NCBI RefSeq assembly: GCF_006345805.1
Contig: NC_043009.1
Coordinates: 42,470,001-42,534,000, forward strand
Direction: 5' to 3'
Origin: Octopus sinensis
Lineage: Eukaryota
Length of the DNA stretch: 64,000 bases
Shown here: one piece after another, positions 23,842 through 37,978 of the stretch
How the letters are laid out: each line of letters starts with the position of its first letter
Position numbering within the stretch: the first letter of the stretch is position 1
The notes under the pieces: generated by a model
What the model was told of the DNA's origin: nothing
The model's database searches: none
Seen by the model: the letters and a program-made list of their open reading frames with translations, nothing else
Translations under genes and position numbers: made by a program

Positions 23842-24002
23842 CAATTATTATTATTATTTATTATTTATTATTATTATTATTATCATTTATCATTATTATT
23901 ATTATTATTATCAATATTATTATTATTATTATTATCAATTATTATTATTATTTATTATTATTTATTATTATTATTATTATCATTATTATTATTATTATTA
24001 TT
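23790..24002. repeat. Imperfect (TAT)n microsatellite (similar block at 24550-24715)
   Basis: Direct inspection. Confidence 0.95.
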
Positions 24003-24009
24003 AAAGCAG

Positions 24010-24520
24010 CAAGCTCACAGAACCAAGCAAAATGCTTAGCAAAATCCAAGCAAAATGCCAAGCAAAATGCTTAGTGGAATTTCATCTGTCTTTATGTTAT
24101 GGGTTCAAATTCTGCCAAGGTCAACTTCGCATTTTATCTTTTTCAGGGTGGATAAAATAAGCACCAGCTGAACATTGGGGTCAATGTAATCAGCTCAACA
24201 CCCTCCTCTGATATTGTTGCTGTTGTGCCTTTAAGAGAAAGGCTTATTATTATCATCATCTGAATTTTTATCTGCATGTTTGATACTGTATCTTGCCGAG
24301 ACGCATCCGATGTCCTAGGGCGAGTGAAGGATAAGAGATGTTACAGTATGACTGAAAACTTGGGGATGGGAGGTAGTGAAATATCTTCGTGTAATACAAC
24401 ACAGGCATTTAAATGAACAGGGTTTTTCTAAGGATGTGGGTAGTACTTGTCAGCACAATCTTTTGGTTTTCTCTGAGACATGGTTCTCCTGGGATCTTAT
24501 CAATCTATCTATCTATCTAC

Positions 24521-24552
<32 letters not shown>

Positions 24553-24653
24553 TATATTATTATTATTATATTATTATTATTATTATCATTAATTATTATT
24601 GTCATTATCATTATCATTATTGTTGTTGTTGTTATTATTATTATTATTATTAA

Positions 24654-24714
<61 letters not shown>

Positions 24715-24895
24715 ACTACATGTTTAGTGGCATTTCATCTCTTTATATTGAGTTCAAATTTTGCCGAGGTCGACTTTGCTTTTCACTTTTTTTCAGGGTG
24801 GATAAAATAAGTACCAGTTGAATACTGGGATCGATGTAATCAACTTGCCACCCTCCCCTGAAATTATACTGGCCTTGTGCCAAATTTTAAACCAA
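24010..24895 (+). mobile_element. Two degenerate family-B SINEs (24010-24235 and 24720-24895)
   Basis: GGGTTCAAATTCTGCCAAGGTCAAC... and GAGTTCAAATTTTGCCGAGGTCGAC... bodies. Confidence 0.7.
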
Positions 24896-25751
24896 TATGC
24901 CATACACTTTTCTGAGTGATTCCTGTAGTCATTTAATAGGCTTCAATGCTGTATAATTCAATGAATTCATTATGATGAAATGCACAGGTGACCTTACTCA
25001 TATTTGAACCCTTCTCTTTAATTTTAATTTCTGACATGTGTGCAGGGTTATATTTTTTTGGAAAGGATTAGGATTGATTAGATTGCTCCTAATATCTTTC
25101 TTGTTTTTACCAACACACACAAACATACACACATACTCATATATGTATATGTGTAAGTGTGTGTGTACTGAGCTATGAATAAGCATGTATATTTATAAAC
25201 AGTGAGATAATTAAATATAAATACATATATACACGTACGCACATACACACACATATATGTATGTCTATATGAACATGGATACATACATAGCTGATTCAAA
25301 GACCACAGATCCAATCCATCACTGGAACTGTAAAAATCTGTAAAACCTTCCAGAAGTTTATCATTTAAGTATATATGAGCATGTCTAGATATGCAAATAT
25401 ATGCATGAGAAGACATACATAAGACAAAACATACAAATTTGCACGTATACATACATACATACATACATACATAGAAAAATACCCTGTTGTTGATATTGAA
25501 GGAGCCTTAGATCTAGATTAGACACTAGCTCATTCTCTATTGGCAATAAATCTTAAAATAAAAATGAATAATGACATACATATATATTAATACATAGTGA
25601 AATCTGTTAATCACTAGAATTCAAAGAAACCTTACGGCAGCATTCGTCCTATTTTTCTGGACTGCCATGTTAGCTTGGCGATAACTATTGATATAGATAT
25701 ATGGATAAGATTAATATTATTCATTTATTCATTTTATTGAATCTCTGAAGG

Positions 25752-25879
25752 ATTCTTTGTAAGCCTAGTACTTATTCTATCAGTTTCTTTTGCCGAACTG
25801 CTAAGTTACGGGGACGTAAACACACCAGCATCGGTTGTCAAGCGATGTTGGGGGGACAAACACAGACACACAAACGTAT

Positions 25880-25912
<33 letters not shown>

Positions 25913-26058
25913 CAACGGGCTTCTTTCAGTTTCTGTCTACCAAATTGGTCGGCCCGAGGCTATAGTAGAAGGCACTTGCCCAAGGTGCCACGCAGTGGGA
26001 CTGAACCCAGAACCATGTGGTTCGTAAGCAAGCTACTTACCACACAGCCACTCCTACG

Positions 26059-26060
<2 letters not shown>
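25752..26060 (-). mobile_element. Family-A SINE
   Basis: Head, CORE, microsatellite and partial tail. Confidence 0.85.
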
Positions 26061-26105
<45 letters not shown>

Positions 26106-26420
26106 TGGGGAAGGTCGGTTTATGGGATTACCTTAGGTTTCCCATCCATAAAGGGTTTAGCTTTATAGATAGGAAACCCCTCCCCACCCTTTAAAAAATG
26201 TTTATGGCGATTCTGATTCTGAAAAAAAAAATTGGCAAAAATCGCAACTTCAAAATTTCAATCCCCCGCCCCTTTATTTCTTCTTTTTTCACTTTTTACA
26301 GAAATTTTTTTGGGAAAATATGTAAAAAAATAAGGAGATTATGATTCTGAAAAAAATTTATATATATATGACGTATTATATAGACATAGAATTTATATAT
26401 ATATGACGTATTATATAGAC

Positions 26421-26740
26421 ATAGGAGTGGCTGTGTGGAACCACATTGTTCCGGGTTCAGTCCCACTGCATGGCACCTTGGGCAAGTGTCTTCTACTATA
26501 GCCTCAGGCCAACCAAACCTGAAAGAAGCCCGTCGTATATATGTATATATATATATGTATGTGTGTGCGTATTTGCTTGTTTGTCCCACCCTCAACATCA
26601 CTTGACAACCGATACTGGTGTGTTTACGTCCCCGTAATGTAGCGGTTCGGCAAAAGAGACCGATAGAATATGTCGATCTTCTCGACTAAAGGTGGTGCTC
26701 CAGCATGGCCACAGTCACATGACTGAAACAAGTAAAAGAG
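26421..26740 (+). mobile_element. Family-A SINE with internal deletions
   Basis: Head ATAGGAGTGGCTGTGTGG to tail GACTGAAACAAGTAAAAGAG. Confidence 0.85.
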
Positions 26741-26837
26741 TATATATAAATATATATGTGTGTGTATGTGTATCTTTGTGTCTCTGTTTGTTCCCTCACT
26801 ATCACTTGGCAACTGATGTCGGTATGTTTATGTCCCT

Positions 26838-27073
26838 TTAAGGGCGGTGAGCTGGCAGAAACGTTAGCACGCCAGGCGAACTGCTTAGCAGTATTTCATC
26901 TGCCGCCACGTTCTGAGTTCAAATTCCACCGAGGTCGACTTTGACTTTCATCCTTTCGGGGTCGATTAAATAAGTACCAGTCACGCACTAGGGTCGATAT
27001 AATCGACTGAATCCATTTGTCTGTCTTTGTTTGTCCTCTCTGTGTTTAGCCCCTTGTGGGTAGTAAAGAAATA
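26838..27073 (+). mobile_element. Extended-tail family-B SINE nested in a family-A tail, 17-bp TSD
   Basis: GGTATGTTTATGTCCCT at 26821-26837 and 27074-27090. The host tail resumes to about 27250. Confidence 0.9.
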
Positions 27074-27266
27074 GGTATGTTTATGTCCCTGTAACTTAGT
27101 TCAGCAAATGAGACCGATAAAATGAATAAGTTGTAGGCTTACACAGAATAAATCCTGAGGTTGATTTCTTCAACTAAAATCCTCTCAAGTGGTGCTCCAG
27201 CATGGCTGCAGACAAATGACCGAAACAAGTAAAAGGATAAAAGAATAAAAGAATATACATATGTAT

Positions 27267-27305
<39 letters not shown>

Positions 27306-27713
27306 TATATATATTGAATAAATTAATGTGTTACCATGTTGTAAACTTTGTAATATTTTAGAGCAGGAATTAGTATTTGTTTGGACTCATAAATTTCATG
27401 AGCTGATTTTCATTTATTCAGATCATTATTATATCCGGAGTGTAGCTGCTTTTTTATGTTTTTGTCAAGGAGGAGCTGGCTGTGTCAGTGGCCTTCACAG
27501 TTCCTCTGAGACCTCCAAGGCTGGTGAGATTAATATGGTTGATGGTTATCGTAAACAGCTGCAAGACTTATTATTGCAGGAACTAAAAAATATATATTAA
27601 AGAAAGAAAAAAAAAGGAATGGAGGAAAAGGAATTCTGGAAGCTTGATGTTCTGAGGAGCAGGATTTGGAAACAACAACAGGAACAGCAAGAACAACAAC
27701 AAGAACAACAATG

Positions 27714-27776
<63 letters not shown>

Positions 27777-27779
27777 GTA

Positions 27780-27991
27780 ATACTCTTTTACTTGTTTCAG
27801 TCATTTGACTGTGGCCATGCTGGAGCACCACCTTTAGTCGAGCAAATCGACCCCAGGACTTATTCTTTGTAAGCCTAGTACTTATTCTATCGGTCTCTTT
27901 TGTCGAACTGCTAAGTTACATGGACCTAAACACACCACCATCAGTTATCAAGCGAAATGGGGTGGGGACAAACACAGACACACAAACATAT

Positions 27992-28023
<32 letters not shown>

Positions 28024-28195
28024 TCATATATACGATGGGCTTCCTTTAGTTTCCATCTACCAAATCCACTCACAAGGCTTTGGTCGGCCCGAGGCTATAC
28101 TAGAAGATTCTTGCCCAAGGTGCCATGCAATGGGAATGAACCTGGAACCATGTGATTGGTAAGGAAGCTACTTACCACACTACCAATCCTGCACA
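27780..28195 (-). mobile_element. Family-A SINE, full length
   Basis: Complete architecture. Confidence 0.88.
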
Positions 28196-29040
28196 TATAA
28201 ATAATAAATAATAATAATAATGATATAATAATAATAATATTCTTGGTATAAAAGATGAGTTATAGCAAATATTCTGCTCAATACCAGATATCTGCTTGTC
28301 AGTTGTTTGACCTTAAACAGTTGAGCATGGCCCTTCGTGGCTGATGATATGTGCATATCTGACCACAAGCAGAAGTAGTGGGGTGGGGAGCATCATAGTC
28401 ATGGTGTTGAGAAGAATTCTTTGGGGTTTGAATAATTCACCTCTGGAAACATCTTTTGTGTATGATGGGCTACTCAGCCTGAAAAAAATTCTACTTGGGC
28501 CCCACCTTCAAGGTCATGCTCTGTTTAATCTTGATAGGAGATCACTATGTCATGCACATACAGTGTACATATGGTCCACATATGGTGCATGTCGTGCACA
28601 TATGGTGAACTTCAATAATCCTATAATCTACTCCAGAATTAATCTCATTAACTTATCTAGTATGTGCTACTTAGTTGTGATTGTTGTCATTCGGCCCCGG
28701 TCAGCCTTGATCAAGCAAATTAATGGTCAAAGAGGTTCCTAATTTGACAGTCCTATCACATTCTATATCAAGGAATTAACTACATTGTCCAAAATGTCCT
28801 TCCTATTTCTTATAGGACAGAAAGATGCGAGTGATTTGCAGGAAATTTTTGGCTGCTCTTTCTTGCTGGTTTCAGGGACTACATGGTATCCTGGAAATGT
28901 ATCTTTGCAGTAGAAGAATCCTTACAGAATTCGAGCAAATTGCGATAATATTTTGGGCAATGAACAAACAAAAAAAATAACTTCATCATTTCCTCATTCA
29001 TAAATCAAACAACAACAACAATAATAATAACGATAATGAC

Positions 29041-29093
<53 letters not shown>

Positions 29094-29240
29094 TAATGGG
29101 GAAAAAAATTAGGAAAAATATTTTTAAAAAAGAAACAAAAGGAAAGGAGATATGTTTTCTGCATTAACAATCTTACATTCTGAAGATTCTAAAGTTTCAT
29201 TTCAACTGTAACATAGGTTTCACAATTTTCAAGTATTCTG

Positions 29241-29287
<47 letters not shown>

Positions 29288-29743
29288 GTGTGTGTATTTT
29301 TCTAAGCATGCATAAATGTATGCTTGTGTGTATATATATATGTGGGTTGAAAATTTTATTTTAATTTATTTTACCATGAAATTTCAGTTTTAGAATAACT
29401 AAAGATAACAAAATTAATAAACAAGTTAAAGATCAAACTGGTAATCTGGGATTTGGAACTGTGAATGAAAATTCTTTAAAATGTAATAAATACATAAATG
29501 CATATGTATATGTCCATGTGTGTGTGTATGTGAGTATGAGAGTGTGTATAAGTACAAATATGCACACACATATATACTTATATATATATACATACACACA
29601 TAATATGCATATATATATACACACACACATATATACACACATATGTATACATATGTGCATATATATGTGTGTATATATATACATATATATATATAAGTAT
29701 ATATATAATATATATATATATACATATACATATATATATATAT

Positions 29744-29787
<44 letters not shown>

Positions 29788-30439
29788 TGTATACACACAC
29801 ACACATACGCATACATACATGGCAGTGGGAGAGTGGCAAAATTGTTGACATGTTATATCTTCCAGCTCTCTACATTCTGAGTTCAAATCCCACAACCTGC
29901 ATGGCGAAGACATCAGGAAATCACCTCAGTATTTATTCCAAATCTAGTCTCGTATGGTCATATCACCAGTTGTTCTACCTAATGTCATGAGTGGAGGCTA
30001 TGGAGAAGGGATTGCTGGAGAAGGTTCACATGCCCAAAACCTGCCCAAGGTCAGACCACCACTAGACGTGATATACATACATATATACCTACCTACCTAG
30101 ACATACACACACACACATACACAAAATCTCATTCTTCTATCCTTTCTTTCTTATACTCAGTACCCAATTACCACTGCTCGTTTTACCCCTCATCCACCGG
30201 CTCATTATTCTGCTCCTCGTCTTCTTCCTTTTCTCTCTCCATCAATTTTGAATATTGCTTCCGTGTTGCTGTTGTTCTTCTTATTCATTGTTATTGATAT
30301 TGCTGTTGTACTTGGGTCATACTTTTCTCCCTTCTCATATAGAGGTTTTTTTTCTTTTGTTGTGATGCTTGTTGTCATGGTTTCTCTTTGGTATTCCTGC
30401 ATTTCTCTGACTTTTCACCTTTCTTCTTTTAGAATTCCT

Positions 30440-30772
30440 TACTGACTTCTTCTTTCTAGATTCTTCTTCTTCTGCTTCTTTTTCTTTTTTATCTTCTTCC
30501 TTGCTTCTCTTCCTCCTTCTCTATCTTACTTTTTCTTCTTCTCCTTCTCCTTCTCATTTTCTATCACCTCCTCTGACTTCTTGCTTCTCTTTTTCCTTCT
30601 TGCTTCTCTTTTTCCTCCACCTCCTCATCATCATCCTTCTTCTCCTCCTCCTCCTCCTCATCATCATCATAATCATCATCTTTTTCTTCTTCATCATCAT
30701 CATCTTTTTCTTCGTCATTATCACCACCACTACCACCACCACCACCATCATCACCCTTCATCTCCTCTGCCA

Positions 30773-30804
<32 letters not shown>

Positions 30805-31000
30805 TTCTTCTTCTTCTTCTTCTTCTACTACTACTTCTCCTTCGTCACACTTCTCCCCTTCATTCATATCCATCTCTTTCATTCATATATTCTACCCTTC
30901 CACATGCCATCACCACCAACACTACCAACACCACCACCACCACCACTACAATCAACACCCCCTGCCCACCCAGCATTACCATTACCACCCATCAATACTA
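30440..31000. repeat. Compound (CTT/CAT/CAC)n low-complexity tract
   Basis: Direct inspection. Confidence 0.9.
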
Positions 31001-31326
31001 ACAGCATCTCTCATCTCTCCACCCACATTCTAACCTCAAATCAAAATTTGAGTCAAAGAGCAAGCCTCTCTGTGCAAGAGATATCTGTCTGCTACAGAAT
31101 CTCTGTAATAGACCAAATATATTCCATAAAGAAAGAAGGAACACAAGACAGTTAATGGCAGAAAGTAATTGAATAGGTAAAGAAATGGGAAATAAACAAG
31201 ATATTTTAGAATTTAAAATGAATGTTTATTTGGCAAAAAGATTGTATTAATGGTACAAAATCAAATATAATATTTCTCTTCCTCTTGTTTTTTCTCTCTC
31301 TTTTCTCACTTTGCCTTTGTCAGTCT

Positions 31327-31374
<48 letters not shown>

Positions 31375-31838
31375 TATTCTATCTTCCTTTCTCTCAATCT
31401 TTCTTTCAATACATATATGCATTTATATGCGTGTGGATGTGTGTGTGTATTGTATGACTATGCTTATAACAAAGTTTAAAAAGAAATTTAGATATATACA
31501 AATATATATAAATTTGTACTTACATACATGCTTATATATATATATAGATATATATACAGAGATAGATAGATAGATAGGTAGATAGATACATACATACATA
31601 TATACTTATAGATAAATCAGTGTATATGTATGTGTGCGCGTATACATTTACATACTCACACACACATATATACATATTATATATACAAACATATATATAT
31701 ACACACACATATATATATAGGTATATACCTATATATACATATGCATATATATGAATGAATGTATATAAATATATACATAGGTATATATATATATACCTAT
31801 ATATATATTTATATATATTCATGCATATACACATGTAA

Positions 31839-31875
<37 letters not shown>

Positions 31876-32454
31876 CATATATGTATGTATACATGTTTGT
31901 ATGCATGTCTATATGTATTATGCATCTGTGTACGTACGTGTATATGTATATATACATGTATGTATATATGTATTTGTGTATCTCTGTGTATGCAACTTTC
32001 ATCAAAACAGTGAATTCAACAAAAGTCATTTTGTTTTATCTAGATATACTTCTGCAACATATGTGTACATATGTGTGTGTGTTTGCGAATGTATAATATT
32101 TAAGTGTGTATGTACATATGTGTATATTTGTACATATATTTCATTGCATTATTTCTTCCTTTACATCCATTCAATATCGTATGATATTCTAAATATATTC
32201 TATTTGGTATGAACAATTTAAACTTCTCTTTAAAATTTGCTATGTACACACTCAACAGCCATCCATGGACATACATTCACACTCACGCACATGTATATAA
32301 ATGTGCATGTATTTCATATATGAATACATTCATATACACACATATTTTTATCTGTCTATATATACCTGATTGGATGTATGCATGCACGTGAATGTGCATA
32401 TATAGAAATATATATACCTATACATATACATATATAGATGTGTGTGTATATATG

Positions 32455-32492
<38 letters not shown>

Positions 32493-32842
32493 TATTTACA
32501 GATATGTATATATATACATATATAAACATATGCATACATACATATATGTGTATATATATGTATATATATATATATATATTAGTGTCTGTATATGTATGTG
32601 TACATAAACAAATTCAAGTATATTCGCTCACATAAGTTTGTATGCGTAGAATAATGTATGCATGTGTGGGGTTCAAATATCCATAATGAAATTTAAGAAC
32701 ATGCAATCTTTGAGAGACATATAACCACAAGCAGTCAAACATCCAAAGATATGCATGTATGCATACACATACAAACATACATACATATATATATATGCAT
32801 ATATAGATAGATATATATATATATATAATATATATATATATA

Positions 32843-32898
<56 letters not shown>

Positions 32899-33399
32899 CA
32901 TATATATACTTAATACTTATAAACATTTGTCTATTTGGTTTCATTCATTAGAGGATTTAAATGTTATACAAGTTCTGAGCTTTTAAGTTACTCTCCTGAA
33001 AAACATAAACACTTTTACACTTGGATACAGATGTCACACAAAACTCACCCTGAGGTTCAGGGCCAGAACTTGTATATAAGTTTACATATATTTATGAAAC
33101 CATATATTTATACTTGCATAGATACATGTATAAATTCATACAAGTATACATGTATGGCTACATGCATGTATACATATGCAAATATACATCCCTGCATAGA
33201 CCCACAGAGAGACACCCACACATTCCTGCATACATATATGAATGCATATATAGATACATGCATTTATATATGTATGCATACAGACAGACATCTATAATTA
33301 CGTAGATGCAAACTTAAAAGTTTATAATTTGGTATGAGTTTCATGCACACTAATGTATATAATTGCACATAAATATGATTGTAAGAATATCTTGTAATT

Positions 33400-33446
<47 letters not shown>

Positions 33447-34076
33447 TACATACACACATAATCATTGACACACACACTTACATATAGACACAAGCGTTCA
33501 CATAGGCATGTCCCCCTAAACCATAAATACTATGAAATATTTAAAGAATTTAGCATAAACATTTCCAGCTCTGCCTTGCATAATTTTACACAAGCTATTG
33601 CTATGCCTAACCTCATGAAATTAAAATCCTAGTATGATACCAAAACACTTCAAACTGTTATGGTATAAATACCAGTTCATACTGAATCCAAATTGCCATT
33701 CAAAAGATTTTATATACTGTGCCAGAGACACAGGCTTTTCTACTTCGCTGTTATAATGGGTAATCCATCAATTCCTTAAAAATCAATTAATACACATGCA
33801 TTTCTGAAGTTTAGCGCATATTGTAATCTCATACGTAAATTCCTGTCACATTTTTCAAAACAAAACTGGAAAATTCTATCATATACAAAGTGTAAGGCAC
33901 AAGCCTTGCCACCTCTGCACTTTGGAATCATATGAAATTATTTTTCTCCAATCTGCAGCTATTGATTGGATTATACATGTAACTCTGTTTATGTAAAGTG
34001 AGTATATATATGCATAAATACAAATGTATACATACATACACACACACATTTACATATATATATATATATATATATA

Positions 34077-34365
34077 TTTAAATATAAGAGAGTTACCGCT
34101 AAGTGGTTAACTCTAGTGCTAAAAATAGCTCCTTTTTCTGGTATAGCCACCAAAGTTGTTTCCAATAAGAAATAACATTACATTCAACGTAAGGAAAGTG
34201 AAATACAACGAAAAAATAGATTAACGCCAAACAATTGTTTCATTATTAACATAATATGCAATTTTACTCACATATTTATCTATAAATCATCAGCGACAGT
34301 TTGTCTTCGATACAATTTATTAGACCCTCACGAGCGTCAAATACGGTAACCCTCTTATATTTAAG
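34077..34365. mobile_element. MITE with 22-bp TIRs in a TA context
   Basis: TTTAAATATAAGAGAGTTACCG (34077-34098) versus CGGTAACCCTCTTATATTTAAG (34344-34365), 2 mismatches, flanked by TATA. Confidence 0.75.
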
Positions 34366-34569
34366 TATAAATTTGTATTGTCTCCCTGGTTTTTTATGTG
34401 CTAAGCCACTTGGTGTTAAACTGATGGTATTATTAAATTAATATCTAATTTTTCACCCTCATCTATGAATATATATATATATATATTTATATATAATGTA
34501 ATAATATAATATATAAATAACATATATATGCATATATACATACGTATACGTACAAACTTACATTTATAC

Positions 34570-34628
<59 letters not shown>

Positions 34629-34633
34629 TATAT

Positions 34634-34946
34634 GGGCACAGGACGTCACGAAACGTGTACAAGAACAAAATTCGAAGTACGAGAGCATGGAATATGAACT
34701 ATTTTTTCGAACAACGAAAGACACAAATGGAAAACAAGACAAACAACGCAAAGGACGACCTTTCATCAGTTGTTGGCTGTTTTTCTACTCTCGTATTTCG
34801 AGCATTTAACAACAATATACGCTTTCGATAAAACAGTTGCTCCCACAATGCAAATTAAATAAAATTTGGGATTTTTGCGGAGGGTCAAAATTGGCAACAC
34901 AAACAGGATTAATTTTGTTGTACACGTTTCGTGACTTCCTGTGCCC
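34634..34946. mobile_element. MITE with ~29-bp TIRs
   Basis: GGGCACAGGACGTCACGAAACGTGTACAA versus TTGTACACGTTTCGTGACTTCCTGTGCCC, 1 mismatch, within (TA)n. Confidence 0.8.
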
Positions 34947-35459
34947 ACATATGCATATATATGTATATATGCGTATAAATGATTGTGTGTGTATGTGGGG
35001 GTTTCCGTATCTACCTATATCTATATATCATACGATATTGATAATTTTACATGTGAAGAAATGTATTATTTAATTATCATATAATTATCTCTAAATAAAT
35101 TTTATTGAATTTTTATGCGAAATTTTACAGTAAAACGTTGCCATAAATTTCGAAAGACCTTCAAATATTTCAAATTCTTAATTAAAATAGCTTTTCATAT
35201 ATTACATAAGAAGGTTAAATCTTCTAAAAGCTTTACTACATTCAATAAATAGGTAACTAATTGTCAGAATTCTTATGTTTATTTTTATTCTTTAGTTATC
35301 CAGAGATATCACCAATAAATGCATACAAAAATAGTCTTTCTCAAATATGTTTACTTTTACTTTTATTCTTTCATTATTCACTGAGGTCACCATTAGGGAA
35401 ATGCAGAAATGTCTTAGATTGAATTCCTTCTAAGCGTTCTTTTGTAGACGTTTTCAATG

Positions 35460-35521
<62 letters not shown>

Positions 35522-35680
35522 CATATATGTATGTATTTATGTATGTATATATATATATGTATATACATATACATATGTGTGTGTTTGTGTGTGTGTGTTA
35601 ATAGAATGAAAACAATTGTCGACTTATAAGGGGAATTCTACAATAACAATGTTATTTTCTCTATACATATTTTTTGTCAA

Positions 35681-36209
35681 ATACGATGCCAAAGTTATAC
35701 CCTCCTCTGGGTTATAACTGAATTCATTAATAGAATTCAGAACGCCCTCTGGCGAGAACGAACTTAGTTCATTTTTTAAATTCTTTGAATATAGCTCCAA
35801 TAATTGTTGCTGTTGTTGTTGCTGTAATAGTTGTTTCTGCAACTCCTGTTGCTTTTGTAACTGCACTGTGGAAATTAATAGGTCTTCCGTTATTTAACAA
35901 GTTGCATCACGAACAAATTGTTTAATAATCTACGCGAGCTTCGAAACCCTTGTCGCCAGATTTTGTAATGTAATTTGTTACGTACAATAAATAAGATAAC
36001 CAGACAGCTGTAAAAACAATGTAACGAACTAGCAACTCTCTTTACGAACCAACAATCAATATTCCTTGTGAACTAACCAAAACCTTTCGACTTCACTGCG
36101 AACTAACACGAACTTCACTCGACTCCGAACTCTGAACTCCCTTGGATCGTTACTATTTATACTTTACTCGGACCAGTTTATCTATCGCAAGGGGGCGTCG
36201 TAACTAATC

Positions 36210-36215
<6 letters not shown>
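35681..36215 (-). mobile_element. Truncated Ty3/Gypsy LTR retrotransposon: 5' LTR (35964-36215), PBS (35948-35958), gag N-terminus (35681-35890)
   Basis: TGTTGTG...TTACA LTR with TATAAATA; PBS TGGCGACAAGG. gag reads (M)EDLLISTVQLQKQQE...FSPEGVLNSINEFSYNPEEGITLASY, resembling K02A2.6-type gag (F.Y.PE.G.TF..Y). Confidence 0.8.
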
Positions 36216-36270
<55 letters not shown>

Positions 36271-36389
36271 CATACACGTCACGAAATGGTATTCTCTCAA
36301 ACCAAGAAAGACAGTTCTACAACTTCTTGCCAAACAACCTACATATGTGGGTGTGTTTGTGTATAATTTGTTTATACTACAAACAAATC

Positions 36390-37420
36390 ATCATCATCAT
36401 CATCGTCGTCATCATCATCATTGTCTAATTTCCGCCTCCCATGCTGGCACGGGTGGGACGATTTGACAAGAGCCGGCTAGCCAGAAACCAGCACCAGACT
36501 TCTGTAACTGTTTTGGCAAGATTTTTACAGGTGGATGCCCTTCCTAACACCAACCACTCAGTAGAGTGCAGTTAGTGCTTTTTACGTGGCACAGGCACAG
36601 GCGAGGTCAATTTTGGCAAGGTTTTTTACAGCTGGATGCTCTTCCAGACACCAACGACTTTACAGTGTGGACTGGATGCTTTTAAGAGGAACCTGCACTG
36701 GCAGGGTCACCAAGTAACTTGTAACACAAACATTACAGTGATGTATGTAAGCCCACTCCTTTCATCAAACCAACATTGCCTGTACAGGTACACACTGCCC
36801 CACATTCCAGGTGTTGATGTGATTGTAGGGCAACATAAAATGAAATGGCTTGCCCAAGAACGTTTTGTCCAAGAATGCAAACCACCCCCTGGTACAACAA
36901 TGGAACATACGATCAGGTGTTGTCAAGTGTAACACACTAGCCACAAGAGCACGCACTCTCACACACGTACAAACACACACACATACACATACACATACAC
37001 ATACACAAACATACACACATACACGGAGACGATTACAAGTGACCGAAGCCTTTGACGCTGTTCAGTGCTTGAGTAGAAGCATCAAGCCAAGTGAAATAAT
37101 TGTCACGGCCGTTGTCAGTGTCATGTAAATGGGACCTGGAAAATCGTAGTCGTGGCCGTTTTCGGTGTCATGTAAATGGCACCCGTGCCAGTGGCACGTA
37201 AAAAGCACTTATTGCACTCTTGGAGTGGTTGGCATTAGGAAGAGCATCCAGCTGTAAAAACCATGCCAAATCAGACTGGAACCTGGTGCAGCTCTCCAGC
37301 TTAGCAGTTCCAATCAAATGGTCTAACCCCAAGCCAGCATGGAAAGCGAATGTTATATGATGACAACGACGATGACTTTGATGATGACAACGACAACGAT
37401 GATGATGATGATGATGATAT
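36390..37420. mobile_element. Two family-C RTE/Ceph-like copies in inverted orientation (36390-36720 minus; 37030-37420 plus)
   Basis: TGGATGCCCTTCCTAAC versus ATTAGGAAGAGCATCCAGC; (CAT)n and (GAT)n tails point outward. Confidence 0.75.
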
Positions 37421-37620
37421 ATAACGTCTATGTAAGACTTTGGAGTACTGAATTAAGCGGATGTGCTTCAAGAGGAAACAGCATAAACTATAACCCCATT
37501 TACATAGTTATATACACAGACACACAGACACACTCACGCGCGTGCACACATACACAGGTGTGTCTGTGTGTGTGTTTGCGTTGCAAGATTACTGAAGTTA
37601 AATCGTGTGTTGCAACAAAT

Positions 37621-37978
37621 ATATTTTGGGACGGTCATGTTTTTGCCAAATAAACACACGCACTGTATAATCGTTCTTCACTTCAGCTATATTTTTGTTC
37701 TTAGTTAGTTTAGTGTCCTTTGTTTTGAAATCTTTTGTCACACGTCCTGTGACCTCTTCAGCGATTCTCCGCCTCACGTGTCATTCTGAACAACAGAATG
37801 GGCTAAACAGGACAAGAGGAGACACATTGGATGGAGAATCATTGAAGAGGTCACAGGGCGTGTGACAAAAGATTTCAGACAAAGGGCAATAAAATAAGAA
37901 CAATAATAATGTTGAATGGAAGAACGAGTGTATAGTGCGTGTGTTTATTTGGCGAAAAGTATGACCATCCTGAAATAT
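37621..37978. mobile_element. Foldback/MITE with ~150-bp imperfect TIRs and ~62-bp spacer
   Basis: 37621-37770 is the reverse complement of 37833-37978. The inner 40 bp have 3 mismatches. Confidence 0.85.

Noticed and set aside
33500-33990. Unique 500-bp stretch, possibly a decayed transposase (also 51010-51320)
   Set aside because: No frame gave a motif I could recognise, and there are multiple stops.
34755-34775. CTGATGAAAGG(TCGT)CCTT on the minus strand inside a MITE; also GGCTGG...CCAGCCGAAA at 12269-12310
   Set aside because: Each has only half of a hammerhead core (no GAAA in the first, no CUGAnGA in the second).
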